This document shows, piece after piece, positions 45,945 to 55,904 of a stretch of DNA of 64,000 bases (positions are counted from its first letter, which is position 1; each line of letters begins with the position of its first letter). Where the stretch lies: NCBI GenBank assembly GCA_964370635.1, contig CAYJJU010000002.1:93237-157236 (forward strand), given 5' to 3'. Made by a program: the position numbers and the translations under genes. This DNA is from an uncultured Eubacteriales bacterium (lineage in GTDB: Bacteria > Bacillota > Clostridia > Oscillospirales > Acutalibacteraceae). The notes beneath the pieces were generated by a model. It was not told where the DNA came from. It did not search any database and was given only the letters and a program-made list of their open reading frames with translations.

Positions 45945-46655
45945 TCATTTTGAATTAAATATATAAGTTGCAACCGCAACAGATACGGCTAGATTTAGTG
46001 AGTCTATATCCTCACTTTGATTAATAAATAAGGGTTTGCCTATTTTCTCAAATTTTTCGGGAAGGCCACTTGCCTCATTTCCGAAAATAAGCGTGTAACG
46101 CTGGGTTTCCGGCACCGTGTAAGGTGTAAGTACTTTACTTGAATTTAGCATAAAGGGGAACAAATCCCTGCCCTCTCCATATTCATTTTGATACTCTTCA
46201 AAACTTTCAAATATGGCTATTCTCAGCTTAAAAATTGCCCCCATAGACGCCCTTATAACCTTGGGATTAAACACATCGGCGCAGGGCTTTATTATGGCTA
46301 AATCTTTAATTCCAAAACCTAAAATCGTCCTTATGATAGTGCCTAAATTTCCCATGTCAGATGGACCATGTAGCACGACGTGATTATCATTTTTTGATAA
46401 ATCAGAATTATATTTTTCAAAAACCGCCGCGGCATAGCACATTTCTTTATCGGAAATTCTATTTAAAGTTTTATCGTCAATTTGAAACTCTACGCCCTTT
46501 TGTGCACAGAGTTTTGAAAGTTTTTCGCTGTCATTAAATTTTTGTGAAACTATTGCCTTTATAACTTTTTCGGGCTTATTGTTTATAAGCTCAAACACGG
46601 GAAAGGGGCCTAAGACATAGGAGTGTTCCATGTCTTTTTTATATTTTTTATACAT
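45945..46655 (-). CDS. TrmH/SpoU family RNA 2'-O-methyltransferase
   Basis: 236 aa with C-terminal SpoU motifs (FGNEASGLP, SLNLAVSVAV). Confidence 0.85.
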   Translation of the reverse strand: MYKKYKKDMEHSYVLGPFPVFELINNKPEKVIKAIVSQKFNDSEKLSKLCAQKGVEFQIDDKTLNRISDKEMCYAAAVFEKYNSDLSKNDNHVVLHGPSDMGNLGTIIRTILGFGIKDLAIIKPCADVFNPKVIRASMGAIFKLRIAIFESFEEYQNEYGEGRDLFPFMLNSSKVLTPYTVPETQRYTLIFGNEASGLPEKFEKIGKPLFINQSEDIDSLNLAVSVAVATYIFNSK

Positions 46656-46673
46656 GAAAACCTCCTAAATTTT

Positions 46674-47651
46674 TTAAAGCATCTCAAAAGGCGCTATAAT
46701 TTCGCTTACTTTTGCCATGATTTCTTCGGATACTGCAAAGTCCATCGACTTTACATTCTCTTCCATTTGCTCAGGGTTCATTACACCGCAAATAATAGAG
46801 GTAATTTCGGGTTGTGCTTTAAGCCAGTTCATGGTTAAGTCCATCATTTTCAGGCCATTTTCTGTAGCAAGTGCATAAAGTTCTCTTGCAGGTTTTAGGT
46901 AAGTATCTAAAAGCGGTGGGCAAAGTTTTGGATTTTCAGACCTTACATCGTCCTTAGAGAATTTTGCGCCGTTTTGGAATTCGCCTGTTAAAAGCCCTTG
47001 GAAGAACGGGCTGTAAGGGAAAAATGCTTGTCCGTTTTCACGCACAATCGGGAAAATTTCGCTCTCTGTTCTATAATCCAAAGTGATTGCGTGATAAGTT
47101 TTCGGGTTTCTCTCAAGCATATTGTAAAGCCCTTGTTGAGAGTCGATTTCCGTCAGTGTCATAAGCTTTTTAATGTCATTTGCAGAAAAATTTGTGAGTC
47201 CTATGTATCTAATTTTGCCAGATTTTTTTATTTCATTTAGCGCATCTGCTGTCTCTTCTAAAGAAGTCGCAGGGTCAGGCCAGTGCATTTGATATAGGTC
47301 AATATAATCAACGCCTAGGCGCATAAGGCTATCGTCAATTTCCTTTAGCATGCTTTTTTTAGAGAGATTATTTGTAACAGCACCGTTTTCGTCCCAAATA
47401 AGTCCTGCTTTTGAAGCAATTAAAACCTTATCCCTCTTGCCTTTTATTGCCTTGCCCAAAACAGTTTCTGACACACCATTTCCGTAAATTGGCGCAACGT
47501 CAAAGAAATTGACACCCAAATCAATCGCCTTATGAACGATGTTAACCGAATTTTCGTCACTAGTATTGTCCCAGTTACCGCCAAAATTCCAGCAACCAAG
47601 CCCCATTAGCGATATTTCCTCTTTAATTCTTCCTACTTTTCTGTATATCAT
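46674..47651 (-). CDS. aldo/keto reductase
   Basis: 325 aa. AKR signatures: GLGCWNFGG, DVAPIYGNG, and an IYRIGLS-like IRYIGLTNF. Confidence 0.9.
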   Translation of the reverse strand: MIYRKVGRIKEEISLMGLGCWNFGGNWDNTSDENSVNIVHKAIDLGVNFFDVAPIYGNGVSETVLGKAIKGKRDKVLIASKAGLIWDENGAVTNNLSKKSMLKEIDDSLMRLGVDYIDLYQMHWPDPATSLEETADALNEIKKSGKIRYIGLTNFSANDIKKLMTLTEIDSQQGLYNMLERNPKTYHAITLDYRTESEIFPIVRENGQAFFPYSPFFQGLLTGEFQNGAKFSKDDVRSENPKLCPPLLDTYLKPARELYALATENGLKMMDLTMNWLKAQPEITSIICGVMNPEQMEENVKSMDFAVSEEIMAKVSEIIAPFEML

Positions 47652-47679
47652 TTTCTTTTTCCCCTTTGTTTTTTATATT

Positions 47680-48036
47680 TTACGCCGTTAGAATATCATT
47701 TTGAACTGCAGCACTTTCCGCATAAATAGTATCAGGACAAACATCTATGCAATTACATGGGTCACGTTCCTCTGATATATCAAAGGCAAGTGTTCTGTTC
47801 ATTATTGTACACAATCTTTTAAATTCGTTTATATCTTTAATTTTATCAAAAATCTTACCACCATTTAAAACAAAGGCGCAATCGTAAAGTTTTATTTCTC
47901 CATTATCATAATAAAGATAAACTTTAAAATCATCCGTCGGCAAAACTTGATATAAATTCGGTCTATCCAAAATAACACCTCCTACTTCATCGTATTGGTT
48001 CAATTTTTCTAAATTCCTTCGTTTCCCACATCTCAT
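47680..48036 (-). CDS. hypothetical protein
   Basis: 118 aa ORF abutting the HD-domain gene stop. No family recognised, and the start is uncertain. Confidence 0.45.
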   Translation of the reverse strand: MRCGKRRNLEKLNQYDEVGGVILDRPNLYQVLPTDDFKVYLYYDNGEIKLYDCAFVLNGGKIFDKIKDINEFKRLCTIMNRTLAFDISEERDPCNCIDVCPDTIYAESAAVQNDILTA

Positions 48037-48705
48037 TTAAATCTCACCGCTCCACTCGGCTATAAATTTTTTGATAAATTCTTTTGTAAACTCAACTTTT
48101 TCTTTTGCCATTTTACTTGCCGTGGCGGTGTTCATATGGTCTGCAAGCTTAAAAATTTTGCTGTAGAAATGGTGCACTGCCGACGGGTCGGTTTTATCGC
48201 CTTCTACATAATCACCCTTAGGCTCTAGCTCTTTTGTTTCATCATACATCGGCCTTCCTACGCTTGCACCGTAAACAAAGGTTCTTATTATGCCTATAGC
48301 TCCTAAAGCATCCAAATTATCCGCATCTTGCACTATATGGCAGTTTATTGAATTTTCTTCATTGCCTTTATTCCAGTTATAGTTTTCATGATTTTTAATC
48401 ACATTGCAAATTTCATCCTTGTCATCGTCTGATAAATCTAAATCAGAAATAAGCTCTCGTATTGTCGGTATAGACTCTGCAGGCTCTACAAATCTGCCAA
48501 GATTACTTTGCATTATCCTGTGGACATCATGAAGGTACGCCGATATTCCTACAAGCACCCTGTCGCCGCCCTCTTTACTTGAAATATGCAAGGCAAGTTT
48601 CATGGTTCTTTCTAAATGAGTGGTGTCATGCCCTGTGGCATCGTCTTTAAATAGAGCTTCTACCTTAGGTTTAAGTAAGTCAATATAATCTTCAACTTTC
48701 CGCAT
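48037..48705 (-). CDS. HD domain phosphohydrolase
   Basis: 222 aa with HD-type motifs H...HD...D (TTHLERT, YLHDVHR, QDADNLDALG). Confidence 0.85.
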   Translation of the reverse strand: MRKVEDYIDLLKPKVEALFKDDATGHDTTHLERTMKLALHISSKEGGDRVLVGISAYLHDVHRIMQSNLGRFVEPAESIPTIRELISDLDLSDDDKDEICNVIKNHENYNWNKGNEENSINCHIVQDADNLDALGAIGIIRTFVYGASVGRPMYDETKELEPKGDYVEGDKTDPSAVHHFYSKIFKLADHMNTATASKMAKEKVEFTKEFIKKFIAEWSGEI

Positions 48706-48716
48706 ATTGCTCTCCT

Positions 48717-50072
48717 TTAATTTTTCAAGCTATGAAGAGGTGCCGGGATTTGTCCACCTCTATTTATAAACTTAGACGGGGAGTTATAATTAATCTTCAT
48801 GACCGGTCCTTTTCCGAAGAGGCCACCCCAGTCGAGCTCGTCGCCTATTTCCATGCCTATTGCAGGTATTATTCTCACGGCAGTGGTTTTGTTATTTACC
48901 ATGCCTATTGCGGCCTCGTCTGCGATTATCGCCGCTATGGTGTCGTTTGTGATGTCTCCGGGCACTACTATCATGTCAAGCCCTACAGAGCATACCGCCG
49001 TCATTGCTTCTAGTTTGTCTATGGTAATAGAGCCACTTTCCGCGGCGGCTATCATTCCTGCATCTTCTGATACTGGGATAAATGCGCCCGAAAGTCCGCC
49101 AATTCTTGAACAAGCCATGACTCCGCCTTTTTTTACGGCGTCATTTAATAGCGCCAAGGTACAAGTAGTTCCGTGCGCTCCGCACTGCTCTAAGCCGATT
49201 TCCTCTAAAATATGCGCAACACTATCTCCGACCGCAGGGGTTGGAGCAAGCGATAAATCGACTATGCCAAAAGGAACGCCCAGTCTTTTTGAGGCCTCAA
49301 CTCCTATAAGCTGTCCAACTCTTGTGATTTTATAGGAAGTTTTCTTTATGATGTCTGCAAGCTCACTGATATCCGCATCGGGATATTTTGCAATTGCCGC
49401 ACGCACAACTCCGGGGCCCGATACTCCTACATTTATCATGCAGTCCGGCTCTCCCACGCCATGAAACGCACCCGCCATAAAGGGATTATCCTCTACTGCG
49501 TTGCAAAAAACCACCAGTTTAGCCGCGCCAAAGCACTGTTTATCCACCGTAAGCTCGGCGCATTCTTTTACAATTTTTCCCATAATTTTGCAGGCATCTA
49601 AATTAATTCCCGTCTTAGTAGAGCCAATGTTTACAGACGAACATACTCGCTCTGTGGCGGCAAGTGCTTCCGGTATAGAATTAATAAGCTCTAAATCACC
49701 TGCGGAAAATCCTTTTTGTACGAGTGCAGAATATCCACCTATAAGGTTAACGCCGACATCACGTGCGGCATCGTCTAAAGTTTTTGCAAAGGGCACAGGG
49801 CTTCCTCCGCACGCGGCAGAAATTATCGCTATGGGAGTAACAGAAATTCTTTTATTTATTATGGGTATTCCATACTCTTTTTCTAGCTCTTCCCCAACTT
49901 TTACAAGGTTTTTAGCCTTCCTTGTAATTTTGTCGTAAACCTTTTTACAAGCTATGTCAATATCACTGTCTATGCAGTCTAAAAGCGATATGCCCATGGT
50001 TATTGTCCTGATGTCAAGGCATTCGTCTTGTATCATTTTAATTGTCTGTAAAATATCATATACATTTATCAT
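48717..50072 (-). CDS. UPF0210 (DUF711) family protein
   Basis: 451 aa. The N-terminus [27 protein letters not shown] is typical of UPF0210. It is paired with an upstream ACT protein, as is conserved. Confidence 0.85.
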   Translation of the reverse strand: MINVYDILQTIKMIQDECLDIRTITMGISLLDCIDSDIDIACKKVYDKITRKAKNLVKVGEELEKEYGIPIINKRISVTPIAIISAACGGSPVPFAKTLDDAARDVGVNLIGGYSALVQKGFSAGDLELINSIPEALAATERVCSSVNIGSTKTGINLDACKIMGKIVKECAELTVDKQCFGAAKLVVFCNAVEDNPFMAGAFHGVGEPDCMINVGVSGPGVVRAAIAKYPDADISELADIIKKTSYKITRVGQLIGVEASKRLGVPFGIVDLSLAPTPAVGDSVAHILEEIGLEQCGAHGTTCTLALLNDAVKKGGVMACSRIGGLSGAFIPVSEDAGMIAAAESGSITIDKLEAMTAVCSVGLDMIVVPGDITNDTIAAIIADEAAIGMVNNKTTAVRIIPAIGMEIGDELDWGGLFGKGPVMKINYNSPSKFINRGGQIPAPLHSLKN

Positions 50073-50080
50073 GGCGCCAC

Positions 50081-50350
50081 CTATATTTTATGCATAGCAT
50101 TAAAAATGTCTTCATGCATTACATAAATTGAAAGCCCTAACTCTTTTGATAACTCTGTCATTCTATCGGAAAGCTGTGGAAGTGATTTATTCATTTTTGA
50201 AATATCCACCAGCATAATCATTGCAAAAATATCCTGCAAAACCGACTGAGTAACGTCCGTTACATTGGCATTATACTCTGCACAAATTGTACTGACCTTT
50301 GCCAAAATTCCTACTGTGTCTTTTCCTATTACCGATAATACTGCTCTCAT
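50081..50350 (-). CDS. ACT domain protein (UPF0237)
   Basis: 89 aa from the ATG at 50350 (GAGGAG 7 nt upstream). Sequence begins [20 protein letters not shown]. Confidence 0.85.
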   Translation of the reverse strand: MRAVLSVIGKDTVGILAKVSTICAEYNANVTDVTQSVLQDIFAMIMLVDISKMNKSLPQLSDRMTELSKELGLSIYVMHEDIFNAMHKI

Positions 50351-50426
50351 ATTCATTCTCCTCACTTTTGTTTTGTTTCTCTATTTTTATAAGACGAAAG
50401 TCGCCAGTTCTTCCACCGTCTTTTCG

Positions 50427-51197
50427 TCACCCTCTACAAATAAACATTCCATAATCCTTTGGCACGAAAATTTTTCCGCCTACTTTTTTGCTTTCAAGAA
50501 CTTCGTGAAGCTTTTGAACTTTACAGCTTTGTATATCCACAAAACTTTCCATTGAAACTATGTAGTCCACTAAATCTTGTGTTTGTGTGACTTCTAATGA
50601 GTCTTCATATCTTCGCATTTCTGTACTTATAAAATATTTTTTGAGCTTTTCTTCTCCGTTTTGCAGAGTAAACTCCTTGTTTTGCTGTGATTTAAAATTT
50701 GAATTTTTAATAAGTGATTCTATATATTCTGTAATTCCGTTTTCGCCAAATGTTGCACAGTAGAACTTGCCGTGCTTTTTTAATACCCGTTTGACTTCCG
50801 ACAAGGCTTTTTCTAAATTTGGCACGTGATGGAGCATCATATTCGCAATTACCATGTCAAAACTACCATCTTCATATGGAATTTTCTCGATGTCTACCTT
50901 ATTAAAAATCACATCGGCTTTATACTTATTTTTCTTTGCCGTCTCAAGCATACCCTCGGACAAATCGGTCAAGTAAAGCTTTACGCCCTGTGGCAAAACG
51001 CAATTTTCCCACATGCACCCCTTGCCACAGCCGAGCTCTAAAATTTTAAAGCCCTCTTTTATTTCAAACTGGTCTAAAATCCAGTTTGAAAATCCTTGCT
51101 TATTAGTGCTGTATTTTTCGTGAATAGAAATTCTTGTACTCAGTTTTTCGTCATTTTCATATTGCGACTTGACGTTTTGACTGTCATTAATTTTCAT
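50427..51197 (-). CDS. class I SAM-dependent methyltransferase
   Basis: 256 aa with motif I ILELGCGKG. Confidence 0.85.
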   Translation of the reverse strand: MKINDSQNVKSQYENDEKLSTRISIHEKYSTNKQGFSNWILDQFEIKEGFKILELGCGKGCMWENCVLPQGVKLYLTDLSEGMLETAKKNKYKADVIFNKVDIEKIPYEDGSFDMVIANMMLHHVPNLEKALSEVKRVLKKHGKFYCATFGENGITEYIESLIKNSNFKSQQNKEFTLQNGEEKLKKYFISTEMRRYEDSLEVTQTQDLVDYIVSMESFVDIQSCKVQKLHEVLESKKVGGKIFVPKDYGMFICRG

Positions 51198-51597
51198 TTT
51201 TCACTCTCTCCCATAACTTAGGCTGTATTAGTGGATAGGTGAGATTTTTGGGTACCTCGTCAAAAAACTCTATTTTTTCAATCTCCATAGACGGCAGTTT
51301 TTCAAACTCTGTAATCTGTGCAAAATATAGTTTTCCGAAGCTTTCGGCCTCGCCCTTTACCACTGAGTAGACACAAACAGCTTTTATTGTAAAATCTTTA
51401 GCGCCCGTTTCCTCCCAAAGCTCTCTTTTTGCCGTGTCGTCGATATTTTCATTTTCTTCCCTATGTCCACCCGGAATTTCATAGGTATCCCTGTCTTTGT
51501 GCTTACAAAACACCCATTTTCCTTTGTGTTTTGCCACAATGACAGCGAATTTAAGCAAAGCATCGTCTACTTCATCATAAAATTTAACTTCAAGCAT
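51187..51597 (-). CDS. NUDIX hydrolase
   Basis: 136 aa with Nudix box GGHREENENIDDTAKRELWEETG. Confidence 0.9.
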   Translation of the reverse strand: MLEVKFYDEVDDALLKFAVIVAKHKGKWVFCKHKDRDTYEIPGGHREENENIDDTAKRELWEETGAKDFTIKAVCVYSVVKGEAESFGKLYFAQITEFEKLPSMEIEKIEFFDEVPKNLTYPLIQPKLWERVKNEN

Positions 51598-51599
51598 TT

Positions 51600-52127
51600 T
51601 TACAGCTCCTTATGATATTTGTCAAGTTCCCATTTTAACGGATTTGTTTCGATATACTCCCAAAACTTTTGATATTCTGCTTCGTTTCGGATTATTCTAT
51701 CGTGGTATGATTTTTGCCACACCTTCACCACCGTAGTGAACGCATTGTATGCGTTCTTATCCCTCTGTTTTGCATGTATACCCTTGCTAACAGACGATTT
51801 AAAAATTTGAATTATCTTTGGTACATCCAGTTTTGCATGTTCTCCACTTGGAACGCATACAATGCGTTCCCTACATATTAGCAAAATTAAATGCACATGA
51901 TTTGGCATGATGATATACTTCTCAACACTAATATCATCATATAAATTTGACAAAATTTCTACATTATGATTTACAACATTGCCATATTGATTTAATTTCA
52001 TTTGCCCGTTCACAATCTCACCGAATAAACATTCTCTGTCATGCGTGCAAATTGTAACAAAATATGCTCCGTTTTGGCTGTAATCGTAATCTCTCAGCCT
52101 AAGCTGTTTGCGATACTGCATATCCAT
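51600..52127 (-). CDS. RAYT-like Y1 HUH transposase (IS200-like fold, solitary)
   Basis: 175 aa with HUH motif PNHVHLIL and C-terminal WQKSYHDRIIRNEAEYQKFWEYIETNPLKWELD. No tnpB partner and no IS ends seen. Confidence 0.8.
   Translation of the reverse strand: MDMQYRKQLRLRDYDYSQNGAYFVTICTHDRECLFGEIVNGQMKLNQYGNVVNHNVEILSNLYDDISVEKYIIMPNHVHLILLICRERIVCVPSGEHAKLDVPKIIQIFKSSVSKGIHAKQRDKNAYNAFTTVVKVWQKSYHDRIIRNEAEYQKFWEYIETNPLKWELDKYHKEL
51850..51875 (-). repeat. REP-like unit embedded in the RAYT ORF
   Basis: On the + strand: GGAACGCAT-ACA-ATGCGTTCC-CTACA. On the coding strand: TGTAGG + 9-bp hairpin, read in frame as CRERIVCVP. Confidence 0.7.
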
Positions 52128-52138
52128 AAAACGCCGCC

Positions 52139-52834
52139 TTACCCCAAATTGCCCATGGTCTTTCCGCTGCCGTTTATTGTTTCAAAATCTACTTTAAAAT
52201 CTGCAACTGCTTTGTCTATTGATGCCATTTCTACCGCCGCATATAGTAAATCGGGGCTTACTGTGATGCTTCTTGCTCCGCTATTAAACGATTTTACCAG
52301 CTGTCCCACATTTTTATAGCTTGCGCCTAAAACTTTTGCTATGTATCCTCCCTCGGCGATGAAATTTGAAATTTCTTCTATTGTAAGGCTTGGGTCGGAA
52401 TTGTTATTTTCCATTCTGTTAAAATACACTGCAACATATTTTGCCCCTGCTAAAACGGCAAGTATGCCCTGCATTGAAGAGTAAACCGCCGTTGCCGTTA
52501 TATTTACGCCTTTACTTGAAAGTGCTTTTATTGCCTTTAATCCCTCTTTATTTACAGGAATTTTTATATATGTGTTAAGCCCAAGTGTTTTTCTTATAAC
52601 ATCTGCTTCTTTAATAATTTCCTCGGCCGTTTCGCTTACTACTTGAACATGCAAGCTTCTGTTTCCGCAAAGTAGTTTAACTTTACCTAAATGTCCGTAC
52701 AAGTCCACTTTTCCAAGCGCTTTTAATATAGTCGGGTTGCTTGTTACTCCTGTTATTGGAAAAATATCTAAAGCTTTTTCAATTTCCTCAAGGTTTGCTG
52801 TGTCTAGCATGATTTCCATTCCACTAAAATGCAT
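52139..52834 (-). CDS. fructose-6-phosphate aldolase / transaldolase-like (FSA/TalC type)
   Basis: 231 aa. MLDTANLEEI start region and the short transaldolase-family length. GAGGAGG lies 8 nt upstream of the ATG. Confidence 0.85.
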   Translation of the reverse strand: MHFSGMEIMLDTANLEEIEKALDIFPITGVTSNPTILKALGKVDLYGHLGKVKLLCGNRSLHVQVVSETAEEIIKEADVIRKTLGLNTYIKIPVNKEGLKAIKALSSKGVNITATAVYSSMQGILAVLAGAKYVAVYFNRMENNNSDPSLTIEEISNFIAEGGYIAKVLGASYKNVGQLVKSFNSGARSITVSPDLLYAAVEMASIDKAVADFKVDFETINGSGKTMGNLG

Positions 52835-52855
52835 AATATTTTCCTCCTCAAATAA

Positions 52856-55261
52856 TTAAAATTCTTGTTCTGTTCTTGCTATAATATCGTCTTGTGTGCG
52901 CTTTGACAGCACATTAAAGAACGCACTGTAACCTGCGACACGCACTATTAAATCCCTGTGTTTTTCAGGGTGAACCTGCGCATCGAGTAGCGTCTCTTTG
53001 TCCACAACATTAAACTGCACGTGGAAGCCTTTTAGCGCATCAAAGAAGGTTCTTACCGCATAGATAAGTTTTAGTTTATTTTCTTCCTTCTTTAAAATTT
53101 CGGGTGTTGTTTTTTGATTTAAAAGCACGCCTCCCGTGATATCGCCTGTTGGAAGCTTTGATACCGATTTAAACACGGCTGTAGGGCCGCTTGTGTCCAT
53201 GCTGTGTGTCGGACTGCAACCTTCTGCTAAAGGTTCGCCCTCAAATCTGCCGTCAGGTGTTGCCTTAGTGCCTGCACCTTGTGGAACATTTGCAGAAATT
53301 GATGAAGTGCCCGCATAATAAACACCGCCTATAGGACCTCTGCCGTATCTTGTGTTTTTGAAAGTCTTCATTTCATCAATATAGCTTTGATACCCCTTTA
53401 CGACCCACTCATCGACTCTGTCGTCATCGTTTCCGTATTTTGGAACATTCAAGAGCATATTTTGAATTTTTTTGCCCTTATCGCCGTCAAAATTAGTTTG
53501 TAGTGCTTCCCAAAGCTCTTCCGTAGTAATTTCTTTATCGTCAAATACAGTTTTCTTAATAGCATAAAGGCTGTCGCCTAAATTTGCGATACCCACCTGT
53601 AAGTCGCTGATAAAATCATACTCGGCACCGCCCTCTTTAAGCGTTTTTCCTCTGCCTATGCAGTCGGAAATTAGGGCTGAACAGAATATATCTGGCACAT
53701 TTTGCTCAAGCACCAAGTCGGCACAGCTGTCTATGATATTTGCCATTTTGCCGTATTCTCTAATAATTTTATCCCATGCGGCAAACACTTCATCAAAACT
53801 TTTCATTTCTTTAAAGTGCCCCATACCGCTCCAAACTTTTTTACCGCTTGCAGGGTCTATGCCGTCGTTCATTGCAATTAAAAGCGTTTTTGGGAAGTTT
53901 ATAAAGCTCATACCCGTGCATCTGTATCCCCATTTGCCGGGCACTGCAACCTCAACACAGCCTATTGCGCTGTAGTTTATTGCATCTTCTTTTGTGACTC
54001 CACGGCTTAAAAAGCTTGGAATAATAATCTCGTCACTGTTAAATGCAGGCATACCAAAGCCCAATTTTATGACCTCTACACACTCATTCATAAACTCAGG
54101 CTCTAAGCCTTTAAAATACCTTACAGTAAGGTTTGGCTGTGGAAGTTTAATCCTTGCAACGCTTTTCAAAATTAAGTAACTCAGTTCATTTACAGCGCTT
54201 GTTCCGTCTAAATTTTGACCGCCGACTGTTACGTTTTGATAAAGCGGACTGCCTGCTGAGAATTTTGTGTGACTTGAAGAGCGCACCTTGTTGACTGTAT
54301 AGGTTTTAAGCCATAAATTCTCCAAAAGCTCGCAAGCCGTGTCTTTATTTATAATTCCCTTTTTAATGTCATTTTCGTAAAACGGATACAAATATCTATC
54401 CAAAAGCCCATAACTCATGCTGTGGCCGTTGCTCTCAATTTGAAGTATTACATGCACCATCCAAATCGACTGGACTGCCTCATAATAAGTGTCGGCCGGG
54501 TTTTCAGGCACTTTTTTCGTAATTCTTGCTATCTCTAAAAGTTCTGCTTTTCTCGTTTCATCTGTCTCTTTTTCAGCCATTTTCGTGGCAAGGGCTGAGT
54601 ATCTGTTTGAAAAATTAATTGCCGCATACAGTGTAATTATTACCGCGTCATAAAAATAGCTTTGTTTTAACTGCTCAAAATCTCCTAAATCAAGACTTGC
54701 TCTTTTTTCTTTTGCACGCCTTAAATAATCCTTAAGTCCAAATTTAAGAATTTTTTCATATTCAACGGCAACATGGCCGTCGCCACTTGTTATATTGCCC
54801 TCAGCCTTTATTATTCCAAGGTCATAAAGCTCTTTGCACTCTTTAGGAAAAGCGGCAAGCCCCTTGTCTTTTAAGGTGTTATTTTCCCAAAACGGTGCAA
54901 TTTCTCTTATTTCATTTTTCGTTTCTTCCGATATGGTAAAAACGTCGCCGTCACGGTCTTCAAACATGTCAAGCTCATTTACTATCCAGTCCATTGCATA
55001 CTCTGGAAAAACAGGTGCTCCCCTGTTAACTTTTGCCTGATTTCCTACAAGTAAGGTGTTGTCTTCTATGAAAACATCCATGTTATCAAGGATATTCTCT
55101 AGCATTTTCGCCCTTAGAATATTCGTCTGTTCGTTCCTGTAAAGCTTGTAAGCTTTAGTTGCTAGCACCGCTCTTTGACTACATACGGAAGATTTCGTGC
55201 TCATAATCTCTTCTCTAAACTCAAGTATACGTTTGCCGGATTTTCCAAAATATTCTGACAT
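52856..55261 (-). CDS. glycyl radical enzyme, PFL2/dehydratase-type (not a true pyruvate formate-lyase)
   Basis: 801 aa with glycyl-radical motif RVAGYSAFF near the C-terminus. The active site is a single Cys in GCVE rather than the PFL Cys-Cys pair. Confidence 0.9.
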   Translation of the reverse strand: MSEYFGKSGKRILEFREEIMSTKSSVCSQRAVLATKAYKLYRNEQTNILRAKMLENILDNMDVFIEDNTLLVGNQAKVNRGAPVFPEYAMDWIVNELDMFEDRDGDVFTISEETKNEIREIAPFWENNTLKDKGLAAFPKECKELYDLGIIKAEGNITSGDGHVAVEYEKILKFGLKDYLRRAKEKRASLDLGDFEQLKQSYFYDAVIITLYAAINFSNRYSALATKMAEKETDETRKAELLEIARITKKVPENPADTYYEAVQSIWMVHVILQIESNGHSMSYGLLDRYLYPFYENDIKKGIINKDTACELLENLWLKTYTVNKVRSSSHTKFSAGSPLYQNVTVGGQNLDGTSAVNELSYLILKSVARIKLPQPNLTVRYFKGLEPEFMNECVEVIKLGFGMPAFNSDEIIIPSFLSRGVTKEDAINYSAIGCVEVAVPGKWGYRCTGMSFINFPKTLLIAMNDGIDPASGKKVWSGMGHFKEMKSFDEVFAAWDKIIREYGKMANIIDSCADLVLEQNVPDIFCSALISDCIGRGKTLKEGGAEYDFISDLQVGIANLGDSLYAIKKTVFDDKEITTEELWEALQTNFDGDKGKKIQNMLLNVPKYGNDDDRVDEWVVKGYQSYIDEMKTFKNTRYGRGPIGGVYYAGTSSISANVPQGAGTKATPDGRFEGEPLAEGCSPTHSMDTSGPTAVFKSVSKLPTGDITGGVLLNQKTTPEILKKEENKLKLIYAVRTFFDALKGFHVQFNVVDKETLLDAQVHPEKHRDLIVRVAGYSAFFNVLSKRTQDDIIARTEQEF

Positions 55262-55297
55262 ATTCGTTAACCTCTTTCCTAAATAAATTATAAGTCT

Positions 55298-55336
55298 ATC
55301 ATACCATAAATTTATGAATTTTCAAACCAAAATTCA
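55298..55336 (-). promoter_or_regulatory. promoter of the GRE gene with an overlapping palindrome
   Basis: On the minus strand: TTGAAA, 16 nt spacer, TATGAT. An 8-bp inverted repeat TGAATTTT-N6-AAAATTCA (55315..55336) covers the -35 box. Confidence 0.55.
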
Positions 55337-55338
55337 CA

Positions 55339-55902
55339 TTAAATTATACTATAAACAATGCCACCTACTACCCCACAGCCCATCATCACTATTATGGGAT
55401 TTGGCTTAAATTTTCTCATAATTATTATCGCCGTTAAAAATAGTATTAACGCCACAAAGTTGACATCGCTTAAAACCGTAGTAAAACCATGCTCACCCCA
55501 TAAGGCAAGTATAAGTATCGACACACCTGCCGAGGCTATAAGTGCCACAACGCCCGGCCTAAGTCCTGATAAAATCCCTTTCATAAGCTGTAAATCTCTA
55601 TATTTAAAGTAAAGCATTGCAAGAAGCGACACTATTATGCACGAGGGCAAAATGCAGCCAAAAGTTGCAACCAAGGCACCGGGAATGCCTGCTACACGTA
55701 TGCCTACAAAGGTTGCAGAGTTAATCGCTATTGGGCCCGGTGTCATCTCTGCTATTGTGATAAGGTCGGTAAACTCTGTAATGCTAAGCCAACCGTTTAC
55801 TTCTACTGCCTGACTTTGAATTAAGGGAATTGCAGCCATTCCTCCGCCTACACTAAAAAGGCCAATTTGAAAAAAGCTCCAAAAAAGTTCTAATAATATC
55901 AT
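55339..55902 (-). CDS. chromate transporter (ChrA) family half-protein
   Basis: 187 aa with FQIGLFSVGGGMAAIPL motif. Confidence 0.85.
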   Translation of the reverse strand: MILLELFWSFFQIGLFSVGGGMAAIPLIQSQAVEVNGWLSITEFTDLITIAEMTPGPIAINSATFVGIRVAGIPGALVATFGCILPSCIIVSLLAMLYFKYRDLQLMKGILSGLRPGVVALIASAGVSILILALWGEHGFTTVLSDVNFVALILFLTAIIIMRKFKPNPIIVMMGCGVVGGIVYSII

Positions 55903-55904
55903 AT

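Noticed and set aside
48799-49335. Long antisense ORFs inside well-supported genes. Examples: 178 aa at 48799..49335, 145 aa at 49501..49938, 150 aa at 59619..60071 and 58941..59393, 136 aa at 27197..27607, 150 aa at 30344..30796, and 133 aa at 12397..12798.
   Set aside because: Each lies entirely within, and opposite to, a gene with clear family motifs. They have low-complexity Ser/Pro/Ile-rich translations typical of antisense frames and no RBS.
52856-55261. Annotating the 801-aa glycyl radical enzyme as pyruvate formate-lyase (pflB).
   Set aside because: The active site has a single Cys in GCVE instead of the adjacent Cys-Cys of PFL. The length and the aldolase partner point to the PFL2/dehydratase-type group.
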